From positions 30,692,001-30,756,000 of the forward strand of contig NC_086097.1 of NCBI RefSeq assembly GCF_963921235.1: 64,000 bases of DNA, written 5' to 3'. Numbering within the stretch: the stretch's first letter is position 1; every line of letters begins with the position of its first letter. Below are positions 62,575 to 64,000 of the stretch, in pieces. A program made the translations under genes and the position numbers. The notes beneath the pieces are model-generated. The model saw only the letters and a program-made list of their open reading frames with translations. It did not search any database and was not told the DNA's origin. Origin of the DNA: Mobula hypostoma (lineage: Eukaryota).

Positions 62575-63415
62575 GAGCATGACAAAATCTGCAGATGCTG
62601 CATATCCAAAGCAACACACACAAAGTGCTGGAGGAACTCAGCAGGTCAGGCTGTATCAATGGAAAAGGGTAGACAGGCAATATTTCAGGCAAAGGCTTCA
62701 TAACTGAGAAGGAAGGGGAAAGATGCCAGAATAAAAAGGTGGGAGGAGGGGAAAGAAGTTAGCTGGAGATGATGGGTGAAGCCAGCTGGGCGGGAAAAGT
62801 CAAAAGCTAGAGACAGAGGAATCTGATAGGAGAAGCGAGTGGACAATAGGAGAAGAAGAAATGGAAGAGGGAAGGCACCCAGGGTTAAGTGATAGGCAGG
62901 TGAGAAGAAGTGGAAGGTCAAAGTGGTGAATAGAGGGGGGGGGGGTAGGGGAATTTGTTCACCAGAAGGAGAAATCAATATTCATGCCATCAAGTTGGAG
63001 GGTACCCAGAGGGAATATAAGGTATTGCTCCTCCACCCCGAGGATGGCCTCATCTTGGCACAAGAGGATGCCATGGATCAACATGTTGGAATGAAAATGG
63101 GAATTAAAATGTTTGGCTACCGGGTAGTCCCACTAGTGGCAAATGGTGCAGAGGTGCTTGATGAAGCAGTCCTCCAATTTACGATGGGTCCCACCAATGT
63201 AGAGGAGGCTGCTTTGGGAGCACCAGACACAATAGACAACCCCAGCAGATTCACAGGTGAAGTGTAGCCTCACATGGAAGGTCTGCTTGGGGCCCTGAAC
63301 GGAGAAGAGGGAGGAGGTGAATGGGCAGGTGTAGCCCTTAAGCCGCTTGTAGAGATAAATGTCTGGAGGGAGATGAGGGAGGAGCAATGAACGGACAAGG
63401 GAATTGCGGAGGGAG
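62575..63415 (-). mobile_element. Penelope-like element 3' part: GIY-YIG endonuclease remnant plus terminal repeat
   Basis: Reads TCPFTSSLFSVQGPKQTFHVRLHFTCESAGVVYCVWCSQSSLLYIGGT. Confidence 0.8.
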
Positions 63416-63589
63416 CATTTCACTGTATGTTTTTATGTACATGTGACAATTAAAACTTTGATAAACGTGATAATAAGTACTTTTCAACCTCAGCTTTAAA
63501 TATAAAGATTAGCGTTATTTGTTACATGAACATCAAAACATACAATGAAATGCATTCTGTGTCAAATCAAATCAGCGAGAATTGATATG

Positions 63590-64000
63590 CAGTCTCTATC
63601 CCCCATCAAGAAGACCTTATTACAGCTTTCTGTTTCTTTCTCGACAACATACCCAAAGTCCCCCTCACCCACAACAATTTCTCTTTTGGCTCCTCCCAAT
63701 TTCTCCAAATCTAAGGTGCAGCCATGGGCACATGCATGGGCCCCAGCTTTTCTTTCCAGGGACATCAGAGATGTCCTTCTTCAAAAAAAAACAGGGGTTT
63801 CCTTCCTCCACCATTAACACTGGCCTCACCCTCATCCCCTCCAGTTCCCAAATATCCACATTCACTCCAACTTCTTCCACCTTAACAGGGATAGAATTCC
63901 TCTTGTCCTCACCTACCACCCCAAGAACCTCTGCATCCGCACATCTTTTCTTCCCACACCGTGCCCCCCCCCACTCTCCACTTTTCGCAGGGATCGCTCC
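63590..64000 (+). mobile_element. Penelope-like RT fragments
   Basis: Reads GAAMGTCMGPS (about 63715-63748) and DRIPLVLTYHP (about 63890-63922). Confidence 0.7.

Overview
Vertebrate genomic DNA; the repeat complement suggests a cartilaginous fish, probably a ray (inference). Two spliced genes lie on the minus strand. The first is the 5' end of JAG2 (coding exons 1-2 at 868-924 and 439-738, CpG-rich CCAAT/GC-box promoter region at about 1400-2345). The second is the last two coding exons of NUDT14 (61284-61533 and 46661-46922). This order and orientation matches the human NUDT14-JAG2 pair. The rest is mostly nested transposon debris: CR1, Rex1/Babar, RTE, L1-Tx1, Penelope, tRNA/V-SINEs and hAT elements/MITEs. 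Almost all ORF-track entries are spurious or transposon remnants. The most striking pattern is that three different self-cleaving ribozyme folds can be read at retroelement ends: an HDV-like double pseudoknot starting at the first base of an ORF-less insertion (50561-50757); a degenerate twister at the 5' end of a 230-bp TSD-flanked RTE-derived SINE (20014-20243); and a family of minimal type-I hammerheads in Penelope terminal repeats (intact core at 17157-17194). All structures were paired by eye; none was computed or tested.
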